A stretch of 64,000 nt of DNA from a bacterium (GTDB taxonomy: Bacteria; Pseudomonadota; Alphaproteobacteria; Sphingomonadales; Sphingomonadaceae): positions 4,034 to 68,033 of the forward strand of contig JAVBXL010000015.1 in NCBI GenBank assembly GCA_030824575.1. Direction: 5' to 3'. Position numbers and translations under genes: made by a program. The notes under the pieces are model-generated. The model saw only the letters and a list, made by a program, of their open reading frames with translations. It had not been told where the DNA came from and did not search any database. Of this stretch, positions 1 to 17,363 are shown one piece after another (position 1 is the stretch's first letter; each line of letters starts with the position of its first letter).

Positions 1-188
1 GCGCGGTCGCGGCGCGAATAGATGCGGGAAAGGCCCTGCCGTTCCGGCGAGATCAGCCCCTCATCCTCATAAAAGCGCAGCGCGCGCGCGGTCACACCAA
101 ACTCTTCGGACAGGTCGGTGATGCTGTAGCTCTGCCGTTCGCTATGGTCGGGCAGTTCGATGCCGGCGATGCTGCTGCGCGTGTTCAT
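1..188 (-). CDS. MerR-family transcriptional regulator, LiuR-like (5' part only; runs off the window edge)
   Basis: Not in the ORF track. Manual translation from ATG 188 gives MNTRSSIAGIELPDHSERQSYSITDLSEEFGVTARALRFYEDEGLISPERQGLSRIYSRRDR, a MerR HTH (ALRFYE..GL). A LiuR-type palindrome lies just upstream. Confidence 0.85.
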   Translation of the reverse strand, partial: MNTRSSIAGIELPDHSERQSYSITDLSEEFGVTARALRFYEDEGLISPERQGLSRIYSRRDR

Positions 189-207
189 GAGACAGGATGT
201 AATCAAG

Positions 208-225
208 CTTTACGTTTACGTCAAG
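208..225. promoter_or_regulatory. LiuR-type operator CTTTACGTTTACGTCAAG overlapping the -35 (TTGACG, minus strand) of the MerR gene
   Basis: Imperfect palindrome matching the LiuR consensus TTTACGTwwACGTAAA, 20 bp upstream of the MerR ATG. Confidence 0.75.
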
Positions 226-294
226 GTGAGTGAAGGGACAGGTTGGACCTTTTGACCGGATGACAGAACGCCCCGTCGACGCTAGGGAAGCGCG

Positions 295-702
295 ATGATG
301 GGGGCGATCAGACAATCGGAGAGGGCGCGCGGGCTGTTGACCGCACTGGCTTTGCTCGTCCTCGCCATCCAACTGCTGGCCCCGACCGGCTTCATGCCGG
401 TGCGCACGGAAAGGGGCGTCATCGTCACGCTTTGCACCGGGCAGGGCGCGGTCAATGTCGTGGTCCCGCGCGGGGAAGCACCCGGCAAGCACGGCCAGCC
501 GGACGATGGCATGACCGGCCAGCAACATTGCCCCTTCGCCGCCTCGGTCCAGCCGGTCGTACCGCCACTCATCGTCGCCGACCTGTTGCTCCCGGCCTGG
601 CAGATCGCCTTCGGCCCGATCGCCTTCGCGCTCAAGACGGGCGTTATCGCGCGCCTCGCCGCGCCGCCGCCGCCATCATCGGGGCCGCCCAAGACTTTCT
701 GA
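295..702 (+). CDS. DUF2946-family protein (CruR/CutF-like upstream ORF)
   Basis: N-terminal hydrophobic segment, P.GFMP, LCT, HCPF and a Pro-rich C-terminus PPPPSSGPPKTF. Lies directly upstream of a TonB-dependent receptor. Confidence 0.8.
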   Translation: MMGAIRQSERARGLLTALALLVLAIQLLAPTGFMPVRTERGVIVTLCTGQGAVNVVVPRGEAPGKHGQPDDGMTGQQHCPFAASVQPVVPPLIVADLLLPAWQIAFGPIAFALKTGVIARLAAPPPPSSGPPKTF

Positions 703-711
703 TTTCCAACG

Positions 712-775
712 CGCGCTCGCCGGTCAGGATGACGTGGTCCCGTGGAGGCGGGAACACGCAGATTCGATGAGCGCG
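712..775 (+). other. Structured intergenic stem-loop containing a REP-like hairpin (733-758)
   Basis: CGCGCTC (712-718) pairs with GAGCGCG (769-775). The inner CGTGgTCCCG-tggagg-CGGGAaCACG resembles the REP arm at 40078. Confidence 0.5.
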
Positions 776-807
776 ATCGCGAATCCCTATTTTCAGAAAG
801 TCGTTCC

Positions 808-2844
808 ATGCGTCACACCCACGCCACGCGCAGCCTGCCGCTGTGTGCGCTCATCCTTGCCTTGTCCGCCGTTCCCGCCTTAGCCGAGGAGGTCGAGCAG
901 AGTGCCATCATCGTCACCGCGAGTCCTGTCATCGAGGCCGCCGCCGCCCGCGTCCAGCGCACACCCGGCGGCGTCGATGTCGTCGCGGCCGATGAATTTG
1001 AAAACAAGCTCGCCGTCTCGCTGCGCGACGCGCTCGCCTTTTCGCCCGGCGTCTATAGCCAGCCCCGTTTCGGGCAGGAGGTGCGGATATCGATTCGCGG
1101 ATCGGGGCTTTCTCGCGGCTTCCACATGCGCGGACTGACCCTCTTGCAGGATGGCATTCCGATCAACCTGGCCGACGATAATGGCGATTTCCAGGAACTC
1201 GACCCGCAGGTCTTCCAACATCTCGAAGTCTATCGTGGCGGCAATGCCCTGCGCTATGGCGGCTCCACCCTGGGCGGGGCGATCAACGCGGTCACCCCGA
1301 CCGGCCGCAGCACGCCCGGCGCGGAAGTCCGCATCGATGGCGGCAGCTTCGACACGCTGCGCGGCAAGATCGCCTATGGCTATACTGACGATCATGGCGA
1401 CGCCTATGCTGCGATCACCGCCGACCGATCCGACAGCGACCGCGTCCATGGCGACCGCAAGGCGCTGCGCTTCAACGGCAATGTGGGCGTGAAGCTGAGC
1501 GACCGGATCGAAACCCGCTTCTATGCCAGCGCCCAGACGATCCGTCAGAAGCTGGCCGGGGCGCTCAGCGAAAAGGATGTGCTGAATAACCCGCGCAAGG
1601 GCAATGTCGTTGGCGATCAGGCGCGCGACATCGATTCGTTCCGGCTCCAGAACCGCACCACCATCGATCTGGGGCAGGGCAGCCTGGCCTTTGGTCTGTT
1701 CTACAACGCCAAACAGCTTTTTCACCCGATCTTCCAGGTGATCGACCAGAAGTCGGAGGACCGGGGCGTCTTCGCCAGCCTCGATCTCGCAGGCGATCTG
1801 GGCGGGATGCCGGTCGAACTCACACTGGGCAGCCAAGCCCGCTTCGGCGAGGTGCAGGCGCGCCAGTTCGTCAATATCGGCGGTCGCAGCGGCGCGATCA
1901 CCGCCAATGTCCGGCAAAAGGCGCAGACAATCAACAGCTATGGCGAAGCGCGGATCGCGCCGGTCGCCCATCTCTGGCTGATCGCCGGCGGCCTCTACAG
2001 CCACGGCGAGCGCAAGATCGACAATCGCGTCGCCCCCGCGCGCAGTGGGGAGGCGGATTTCGAAGCCTTCGCGCCCAAGATCGGCCTGCTCTACCAGCCG
2101 CTCGAAGCCATCCAACTCTACGCCAATTATAGCCGCTCGGTCGAAATGCCCGGCTTTGGCGAACTCAGCCAGACCCCGGCGGGCGGCGTCCCCGGCTTCA
2201 CCCCCGTCGGCCTGCAAAAGGCTTGGACGGCGGAGATCGGCACACGCGGCCGGGCCGGTCCCGCCGCCTGGGACATCAGCCTTTATCGCGCCGACATACG
2301 CGGCGAGATGCTGCAATATAGCGTTGTCGCGGGCACCATTCCGGCCGCCACCTTCAACGCCGACCGCACCCGGCATCAGGGGCTGGAGGCCGGCCTCGAC
2401 CTGACCGTGACGCCCTGGGCGACGTTGCGGCAGGTCTATCAATATAGCGACTTCCGTTTCCGCGACGACATCCAGTTCGGGGACAATCGCTTGCCGGTGA
2501 TCCCGCGCCATGTCTATCGCGCGGAACTGAAACTGGGCACGGACCGCCTGTCGATCTCGCCGGCGGTCGAATGGCTGCCGCAGGGCGCCTGGGTCGATTA
2601 CGCGAATACCAAGCGGGTAGGCGGCTATGCGATGCTGAACCTGAACGCGCAGGCGGAGCTACGCGATGGCGTCACCCTGTTCCTCGACGCCCGCAACCTG
2701 ACGAAGAAGCGTGCGATCGGCGATATCAGCGCGCTCGTCCGCTATACGCCTGACAATGCCGCCACCGCCGCAGACGAAGGCAGTGTCGCCTTCTATCCTA
2801 TCGAACGCCGTGCATTCTATGCCGGCGTCCGTGCGCGTTTCTGA
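808..2844 (+). CDS. TonB-dependent outer-membrane receptor
   Basis: Signal peptide after ATG 808, IIVTA TonB-box region, plug motifs (ISIRGSG, LLQDGIPIN, EVYRGGNALRYG), C-terminal Phe (GVRARF). Confidence 0.93.
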   Translation: MRHTHATRSLPLCALILALSAVPALAEEVEQSAIIVTASPVIEAAAARVQRTPGGVDVVAADEFENKLAVSLRDALAFSPGVYSQPRFGQEVRISIRGSGLSRGFHMRGLTLLQDGIPINLADDNGDFQELDPQVFQHLEVYRGGNALRYGGSTLGGAINAVTPTGRSTPGAEVRIDGGSFDTLRGKIAYGYTDDHGDAYAAITADRSDSDRVHGDRKALRFNGNVGVKLSDRIETRFYASAQTIRQKLAGALSEKDVLNNPRKGNVVGDQARDIDSFRLQNRTTIDLGQGSLAFGLFYNAKQLFHPIFQVIDQKSEDRGVFASLDLAGDLGGMPVELTLGSQARFGEVQARQFVNIGGRSGAITANVRQKAQTINSYGEARIAPVAHLWLIAGGLYSHGERKIDNRVAPARSGEADFEAFAPKIGLLYQPLEAIQLYANYSRSVEMPGFGELSQTPAGGVPGFTPVGLQKAWTAEIGTRGRAGPAAWDISLYRADIRGEMLQYSVVAGTIPAATFNADRTRHQGLEAGLDLTVTPWATLRQVYQYSDFRFRDDIQFGDNRLPVIPRHVYRAELKLGTDRLSISPAVEWLPQGAWVDYANTKRVGGYAMLNLNAQAELRDGVTLFLDARNLTKKRAIGDISALVRYTPDNAATAADEGSVAFYPIERRAFYAGVRARF

Positions 2845-2857
2845 CGGGAGGCGGACG

Positions 2858-4129
2858 ATGGAAGAACGGGCTTTCTATCGGGCGATGTGGCGCTGGCATT
2901 TCTATGCCGGACTGATCGTCCTGCCGATATTGGCGCTGATGGCGGTGACCGGCGCGCTGTATCTCTACAAACCGGAGGTGGAGGCTTTGCTTTACCCGGT
3001 GCGGATCACAGCGCCGCCAGATGCGCGGGCCTTACCGCCATCGCAAATCATTACGATATCGGAACGATCGTCAGGCGATCCGGTCACCCAACTGCTGATT
3101 CCGGCTGATCGGGCGGAAAGTTGGCGGGTCACGACCAAGAGTGCGGATGGCGTTTCAACTGTCCATTTCGTTGACGCGTTCGATGGTCGCATCCTGGGCA
3201 CGATGCAGGGCGGGGGCGTCATGAAGACGATCAAGGACCTGCACAGCCTGGCGCTGACCGGCCCGGTCGGCAACCGGCTGGTGGAGGTGGTGGCGGGCTG
3301 GGCGATCATCCTGTGCGTCACCGGCCTCTATCTGCGCTGGCCCCGACGCGGCCAGCCGGCCCTGGCGATCCGGGGCCGGGCCGGGGGTCGGCTATTCTGG
3401 CGCGACCTGCATGGCACGCTGGGCTTCCTGTCGGCGGGCGTCATCCTGTTCCTGGCCGTCACCGGAATGCCCTGGACCGATGTCTGGGGCGGCGGGCTTC
3501 GATCGATCGTCGCCGCGAACGACTGGGGCCGCCCGAAAATGGCGGTCATCCCCTGGGCCGCCCCGGCCAGGGACGCGCTGCCCTGGACCCTGCGCGAAGG
3601 CGGCGGCGCGGCGGGCGCACCCGGCGACATCGGCCCGGACGCGGTCGCGCGCATCGCTGCCCGTCATGGCCTGGCGCGCGGCTATCAGATCATCCTGCCC
3701 GCCACCCCCGGCGCGCCCTATCTGATCGCGACCCTGGTCCAGCGCGCCGACGATGCCCGCGCCCTCACCATCGACGCGGCCAGCGGCGCGGTGGTGCAGG
3801 ATATCGACTGGCGCATGTTCGGTCCGGGCGCCAAGGCGGTCGAATGGGGCATCGCCACCCATCAGGGCCAGCAATATGGGGAGGTCAACCGGCTGCTGAT
3901 GCTGGCGGGCTGCCTTTGCCTGCTGGCGCTGTGCGTCACCGCGCCGATCCTGTGGTGGAAGCGGCGCAAGCATGGCCGGCTGCAACCGCCGCCGCTGTCC
4001 ACGCCCGCCGCCCGGCGCATGGTCGCCGCGCTGATGCTGGGGCTTGGCATCCTCTTCCCGCTCACCGGCCTGTCGATGCTGGTTGCGCTGGCGGGGGAAG
4101 GACTGGCCTGGCGGATGCCAAGGGCCTGA
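2858..4129 (+). CDS. PepSY-associated TM helix domain protein (iron-regulated membrane protein type)
   Basis: Start MEERAFYRAMWRWHFYAG after a GGAGG RBS. Conserved His motifs WRWHFYAG, DLHS, RDLHG, THQG. Confidence 0.88.
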   Translation: MEERAFYRAMWRWHFYAGLIVLPILALMAVTGALYLYKPEVEALLYPVRITAPPDARALPPSQIITISERSSGDPVTQLLIPADRAESWRVTTKSADGVSTVHFVDAFDGRILGTMQGGGVMKTIKDLHSLALTGPVGNRLVEVVAGWAIILCVTGLYLRWPRRGQPALAIRGRAGGRLFWRDLHGTLGFLSAGVILFLAVTGMPWTDVWGGGLRSIVAANDWGRPKMAVIPWAAPARDALPWTLREGGGAAGAPGDIGPDAVARIAARHGLARGYQIILPATPGAPYLIATLVQRADDARALTIDAASGAVVQDIDWRMFGPGAKAVEWGIATHQGQQYGEVNRLLMLAGCLCLLALCVTAPILWWKRRKHGRLQPPPLSTPAARRMVAALMLGLGILFPLTGLSMLVALAGEGLAWRMPRA

Positions 4130-4171
4130 CCGCCATTTCTTTTCCGGTCCTGACGCACTATGGGCGATCGC

Positions 4172-5788
4172 ATGATCCGCTTGTCCGGCCTGAAATTGCC
4201 CCTCGACCATCCGGCCGAGGCGATGCCCGCCGCCATCTGCGACCGCCTGGGCCTGGAGCCGCATGAACTGCGCGGCCACAGCCTGGTGCGGCGCGGCAAC
4301 GACGCCCGCCGCCGCAGCGCGATCCTGCTGGTCTATACGCTCGACGTCGATGTGGTGGACGAAGCCGCCGTGCTGGCCCGCTTCGCCAACGATCATGACG
4401 TCCGCCCGACGCCCGACACCCGCTATACATTCGTCACCCATGCCCCCGACGGCTGGCAGGGCAAGCGCCCGGTCGTGATCGGCGCGGGGCCATGCGGCCT
4501 GTTCGCGGGCGTGATCCTGGCGCAGATGGGTTTCCGCCCGATCATCCTTGATCGCGGCAAGGTGGTGCGCGAACGGACCGAGGACACCTGGGGCCTGTGG
4601 CGCCGCGCCGAATTGAACCCCGACAGCAACGTCCAGTTCGGCGAGGGCGGCGCGGGCACCTTCTCCGACGGCAAGCTCTATTGCCGCGTCAAAGACCCGC
4701 GCTTCCTGGGCCGCAAGGTGCTGGAGGAATTCGTCGCCGCCGGCGCGCCCGACGACATCCTCTGGGAAGCGCATCCCCATATCGGCACCTTCCGCCTCGT
4801 CACCATGGTCGAATCGATGCGCCGCCAGATCGAGGCGCTGGGCGGCGAATATCGCTGGCAGCATCGCGTCGACGATCTGGTGCTGGAACGCACGGGCGAG
4901 GGCGAGCAACGCCTGCGCGGCCTCGTCCTCCACGACGGCAGCGTGATCGATACCGACCATGTCGTGCTGGCCGTCGGCCATAGCGCCCGGCCCACGTTCG
5001 AGATGCTGCACGGCCGCGGCGTCCATATCGAACCCAAGCCCTTTTCGATCGGCGTGCGGATCGAACATCCGCAAAGCTGGGTCGATCGGGCCCGCTATGG
5101 CCAATGCGCCGGCCATCCCGATCTGGGCGCGGCTTCCTACAGCCTGGCCCATCACTGCGCCAATGGCCGCACCGTTTACAGCTTCTGCATGTGTCCGGGT
5201 GGCCGCGTCGTTGCCGCCACCTCGGAAGAAGGGCGCGTCGTCACCAACGGCATGAGCCAATATAGCCGCGCGGAATTCAACGCCAATTCCGGCCTGGTCG
5301 TCGGCATCGATCCAGCGCGCGACTATCCTGACGGGCCGCTGGCCGGGATCGACCTGCAGCGCCATTGGGAATCGATGGCCTATGTCGCGGGCGGCGCCTC
5401 CTATTGGGCGCCCGGCCAGACGGTCGGCGACTTCCTTGCCCGCCGCCCCTCGACCCAGTTGGGCGATGTCGTGCCCTCCTACAAGCCGGGCGTGACCCCC
5501 ACCGACCTGGCGCGCTGCCTGCCCGACTATGTGATCGAGGCCTTCCACGAAGCGCTGCCCGCTTTCGGCCGCCAGATCGCCCATTATGATCATCCCGACG
5601 CGGTGATGACGGGCGTGGAAACGCGCACATCCTCCCCCATCCGCATCACCCGCGGCCAGGATTTTCAGAGCCTCAATGTGGTGGGCCTCTACCCGGCAGG
5701 CGAGGGTGCAGGCTATGCCGGCGGCATCCTGTCCGCCGCGATCGACGGTATCAAGGTCGCCGAAGCGGTGGCGCGCACGCTGGTTTGA
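4172..5788 (+). CDS. NAD(P)/FAD-dependent oxidoreductase (uncharacterised FAD-dependent dehydrogenase family)
   Basis: VIGAGPCGL Rossmann motif, FGEGGAGTFSDGKL, FCMCPGG, GVETRTSSP, GEGAGYAGGI. Confidence 0.88.
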   Translation: MIRLSGLKLPLDHPAEAMPAAICDRLGLEPHELRGHSLVRRGNDARRRSAILLVYTLDVDVVDEAAVLARFANDHDVRPTPDTRYTFVTHAPDGWQGKRPVVIGAGPCGLFAGVILAQMGFRPIILDRGKVVRERTEDTWGLWRRAELNPDSNVQFGEGGAGTFSDGKLYCRVKDPRFLGRKVLEEFVAAGAPDDILWEAHPHIGTFRLVTMVESMRRQIEALGGEYRWQHRVDDLVLERTGEGEQRLRGLVLHDGSVIDTDHVVLAVGHSARPTFEMLHGRGVHIEPKPFSIGVRIEHPQSWVDRARYGQCAGHPDLGAASYSLAHHCANGRTVYSFCMCPGGRVVAATSEEGRVVTNGMSQYSRAEFNANSGLVVGIDPARDYPDGPLAGIDLQRHWESMAYVAGGASYWAPGQTVGDFLARRPSTQLGDVVPSYKPGVTPTDLARCLPDYVIEAFHEALPAFGRQIAHYDHPDAVMTGVETRTSSPIRITRGQDFQSLNVVGLYPAGEGAGYAGGILSAAIDGIKVAEAVARTLV

Positions 5789-5910
5789 TATCGGAGATAT
5801 TGCGGGCATGAGCCGCGCCTGTCGGCCTGCGACAGTGTCGCGAGCCACGCCCACGGCATGAGGCCGCGTTTTCAGGTTAGCGGCAGATAAGCTATTTAGG
5901 TGGGTATATT

Positions 5911-5984
5911 TGGATGCCCGACAAGGACTCGAACCTTGATTGACGGAGTCAGAGTCCGCTCTCTTACCATTAGAGGATCGGGCA
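5911..5984 (-). tRNA. tRNA-Gln (anticodon CTG)
   Basis: Reverse complement TGCCCGATCCTCTAATGGTAAGAGAGCGGACTCTGACTCCGTCAATCAAGGTTCGAGTCCTTGTCGGGCATCCA folds as a cloverleaf with GGTTCGA T-loop and encoded CCA. Confidence 0.95.
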
Positions 5985-6016
5985 TCAATCCCTAGCGCGC
6001 CGCGCTTGGGAGGCCG

Positions 6017-6045
6017 CAAATAAGCGCGGTTCTGGCTATGGTCAA
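6017..6045 (-). promoter_or_regulatory. Putative sigma70 promoter of tRNA-Gln
   Basis: TTGACC-17 bp-TATTTG on the minus strand. Confidence 0.55.
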
Positions 6046-6104
6046 GGGCTTTGTGAAACGGATCGACTTACTTTTTGACAGTCGGCTGTCCGAATTTTCC
6101 CCAC

Positions 6105-6144
6105 AAAAAGAAAGCCCGCCGGGCGCATGATGCATCCGGCGGGC
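6105..6144 (-). terminator. Intrinsic terminator downstream of rpoC
   Basis: GCCCGCCGG/CCGGCGGGC stem followed on the minus strand by TTTCTTTTT. Confidence 0.75.
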
Positions 6145-6225
6145 ATAAGCTTCTCTCCCTTGCGGGAGCGAAGGGCATGGGAGCCAACATCCATATAGGA
6201 AGCGGCTCCCATGCTTTCAAAGGGC

Positions 6226-10512
<4,287 letters not shown>

Positions 10513-10587
10513 ATTTTTAGTCCCTCTAGAGGGTAAATTTCCGGGCGAAGCAGGGGAGGGGCGCTGCCAAAGGCCGCGCCCCCATCC

Positions 10588-14751
<4,164 letters not shown>

Positions 14752-14852
14752 GCGTTGTCCTTGCCTTCATTCGTCGCGTTTTTCCGCATCCCAGCGAAAA
14801 CTCAGTCCATGCGCGATGGAATAGAGGGCGATTCGCACCCGCCATTCCACGC

Positions 14853-14886
14853 AAAAAAGTGCGGGCCGGGACTGTCCGATCCGCAC
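14853..14886 (-). terminator. Terminator-like hairpin in the rpoB leader (possible attenuator)
   Basis: Minus strand GTGCGGATCGG-ACAGTC-CCGGCCCGCAC-TTTTTT, about 100 nt before the rpoB ATG. Confidence 0.55.
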
Positions 14887-15020
14887 TGTCAGCACCTGAT
14901 GACCCGTCAGAAGTCGCCCAATTCCGCCAGCTTCGCGCGCAATTCGAAGCTGGACCCCGAGCGATCCGGGGGACGGCCCATCCCCCTACGCGCAGCGCAT
15001 GGGACGACCGGATTGCCAGC

Positions 15021-15049
15021 CATATAGACGCCCGCTGGCGATTTGTGAA
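15021..15049 (-). promoter_or_regulatory. Putative sigma70 promoter of rpoBC
   Basis: TTCACA-17 bp-TATATG on the minus strand, about 270 nt upstream of rpoB. Confidence 0.5.
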
Positions 15050-15065
15050 GGGGTGAAGGCAGTGT

Positions 15066-16424
15066 TCAAGGCGTCGCGTCGCCAGTCGCATTGGATGTGG
15101 CGCCAGCTGCTGCATTCAATGGCGCAGCAGGCGGCGCGATCTTCACCGTCTCAAACCGCTCCTTACGCCGCACACCGCTCAACCCGGGATCGGTGGGAGA
15201 GGGAATGGCCAAGGTCGGCACGCGCTGGCGCATGCATTCTCTCTTGGCGACGCGGGGCGTTTGGGTGCAATTCCACAGGGCGCGTTGCAATCCTGTCGCC
15301 GCATCGTGGATGTAGGAAAAACGCATGGTGGTGAGATCGGTCAGGGATAGCGGCAATTCCTTGGGCGCACTGCCCACCACCCATCCCATGATGCGGCATT
15401 GGCCGCGCCCGGCGCAAAAGGTCCGCGCCGTCGCCGGCCAACTGTCGGCGGCGCTGCCCCTTGGCAATTCGACCAGAAAACTTTGGCCGCCGATGATGGA
15501 AATCAGGCGCACGCCTGCGATCGTCTTGCCCAGCATGCCCATTTCGATGGATTGTTGAGGCCGCGCAGCCAACGCGGCCGCGGCTTCGGCGGTCATCACC
15601 GGTTGCGGTAGCGACAGCATGCCCGATCCGCCCTGATGCGCGGGTGACAGACGCGCTAGCTGGCCGATCAGCGGTTCTCCTGTGTCAATGGTCCGGCGAA
15701 AGGCGGGAGGCGTGCCCCACCAGCCGCGCCAGCGGAAGAACAGGTGCGTGCCGACCGCCCCGATCTTGTCCAGGCTGCTGCTCCAATAGGGCACGACCCA
15801 GTCGGTATGATAATGGGTCGCGTAGCCGACCGGCGTGTAGACCTTGCCCGCCAGCGCGGCGCGGGCGATGTCGCGCGCGCGGCCCCAAGCGGCTTCGCTG
15901 GGCGTGCGGGCCAGCGCCCCGTCGCAACTGAAGGTGAACTGGCATCCGGTACGCCGTTCCTGCCCCTGGAACACTACGCCGCACACCGTCTTGGGGAAGG
16001 CAGGATGCCGCACCCGGTTCAGCACCACCTGCGCCACCGCCTGTTCGCCCACGGCATCGTCACCCGCCTCGAAGATTTCGGCCGCCGCCAGACAGTCGGT
16101 CGCGCGGGCGAGGTCTGTTTCGGACCCGGCGAAGAGGAAAGGCCGGGCGGCGGGGTTGGGATCGCGCGAAAAGGGAATGGTCGCATTGAACGCGACCGCC
16201 TGGTCCCGCTCCAGCGCGAAGACCTGGACCGGCTCGACCGGCGGCGGGGGCGTGGCCGGCCGTCTCATCCGTGCGGCTTCCACCACGGCCATGCGGCGCG
16301 CCCCCGCTTCCGAAGACGCCCGCGTGTCCCAGGCGGCGACCAATGCAGGCAGGCCGGCGAACAGAAGCGCCCAGACCAGCCACATCAAAGGATGCGGCCG
16401 GGCCGAGGGAGATGATTCGGTCAT
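15066..16424 (-). CDS. Cell wall hydrolase (SleB/Hydrolase_2 family) with C-terminal extension
   Basis: CLAAAEIFEAG, AVAQVVLNRVRHPAFPKTVCGVVFQG, CQFTFSCDG, ATHYHTDWVVPYW. Confidence 0.9.
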   Translation of the reverse strand: MTESSPSARPHPLMWLVWALLFAGLPALVAAWDTRASSEAGARRMAVVEAARMRRPATPPPPVEPVQVFALERDQAVAFNATIPFSRDPNPAARPFLFAGSETDLARATDCLAAAEIFEAGDDAVGEQAVAQVVLNRVRHPAFPKTVCGVVFQGQERRTGCQFTFSCDGALARTPSEAAWGRARDIARAALAGKVYTPVGYATHYHTDWVVPYWSSSLDKIGAVGTHLFFRWRGWWGTPPAFRRTIDTGEPLIGQLARLSPAHQGGSGMLSLPQPVMTAEAAAALAARPQQSIEMGMLGKTIAGVRLISIIGGQSFLVELPRGSAADSWPATARTFCAGRGQCRIMGWVVGSAPKELPLSLTDLTTMRFSYIHDAATGLQRALWNCTQTPRVAKRECMRQRVPTLAIPSPTDPGLSGVRRKERFETVKIAPPAAPLNAAAGATSNATGDATP

Positions 16425-16445
16425 GCCGGGCCTGCCGTTAACACC

Positions 16446-17363
16446 TTATTCGGGCAGGAAATCGGGGACCGACAGATAGCGTTCGCCGGTATCATAGTTG
16501 AAGCCCAGAACCCGGCTGCCTGCAGGGAGTTCCTTCAGCTTCTGCGCGATTGCCGCTAGCGTGCCGCCCGAAGAAATGCCGACCAGCATCCCTTCCTCGC
16601 TTGCGGAGCGGCGGGCATAGTCTTTGGCATCGGCCGGATCGACCTGGATCACGCCGTCCAGCAACTGGGTATGCAGGTTCGCCGGGATGAAGCCTGCGCC
16701 AATGCCCTGGATCGGGTGCGGGCCGGGCTGACCGCCGCTGATGACCGGGGACAGGGTCGGCTCGACGGCAAAGATCTTGATTGCGGGCCATGCCTTTTTC
16801 AGCACCTCGGCGACGCCGGTGATGTGGCCGCCGGTGCCCACGCCGGTAATCAGCGCATCGATCGGCGCATCGGCGAAATCGGCCAGGATTTCCTGCGCCG
16901 TGGTGCGGACATGCACGTCGATATTGGCGGGATTTTCGAACTGCTGCGGCATCCAGCTGCCTGGCGTCTGCGACACCAGTTCCAGCGCGCGTTCGATCGC
17001 GCCCTTCATCCCGTTCTCGCGCGGGGTCAGGTCGAAACTGGCGCCATAAGCCAGCATCAGGCGGCGGCGCTCGATGGACATGCTTTCAGGCATGACCAGC
17101 ACCAGCTTGTAACCCTTCACCGCCGCGACCATGGCCAGGCCGACGCCGGTATTGCCCGACGTCGGCTCGATGATCGTACCGCCGGGCTGGAGTTCGCCGC
17201 TGGCCTCCGCCGCCTCGATCATGGCCAGCGCGATACGATCCTTGATAGACCCGCCGGGGTTGGATCGTTCCGACTTGATCCACACTTCTGCATCCCCGAA
17301 CAGCCGGTTGATGCGGACATGCGGCGTGTTGCCGATGGTTTCGAGAATAGTGGCAGCTTTCAT
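16446..17363 (-). CDS. cysK: Cysteine synthase A (O-acetylserine sulfhydrylase)
   Basis: Start [17 protein letters not shown] lysine motif [31 protein letters not shown]. Confidence 0.96.
   Translation of the reverse strand: MKAATILETIGNTPHVRINRLFGDAEVWIKSERSNPGGSIKDRIALAMIEAAEASGELQPGGTIIEPTSGNTGVGLAMVAAVKGYKLVLVMPESMSIERRRLMLAYGASFDLTPRENGMKGAIERALELVSQTPGSWMPQQFENPANIDVHVRTTAQEILADFADAPIDALITGVGTGGHITGVAEVLKKAWPAIKIFAVEPTLSPVISGGQPGPHPIQGIGAGFIPANLHTQLLDGVIQVDPADAKDYARRSASEEGMLVGISSGGTLAAIAQKLKELPAGSRVLGFNYDTGERYLSVPDFLPE

Noticed and set aside
3392-6019. 875-aa minus-strand ORF
   Set aside because: Antisense to the PepSY and FAD oxidoreductase genes and runs through tRNA-Gln; shadow ORF.
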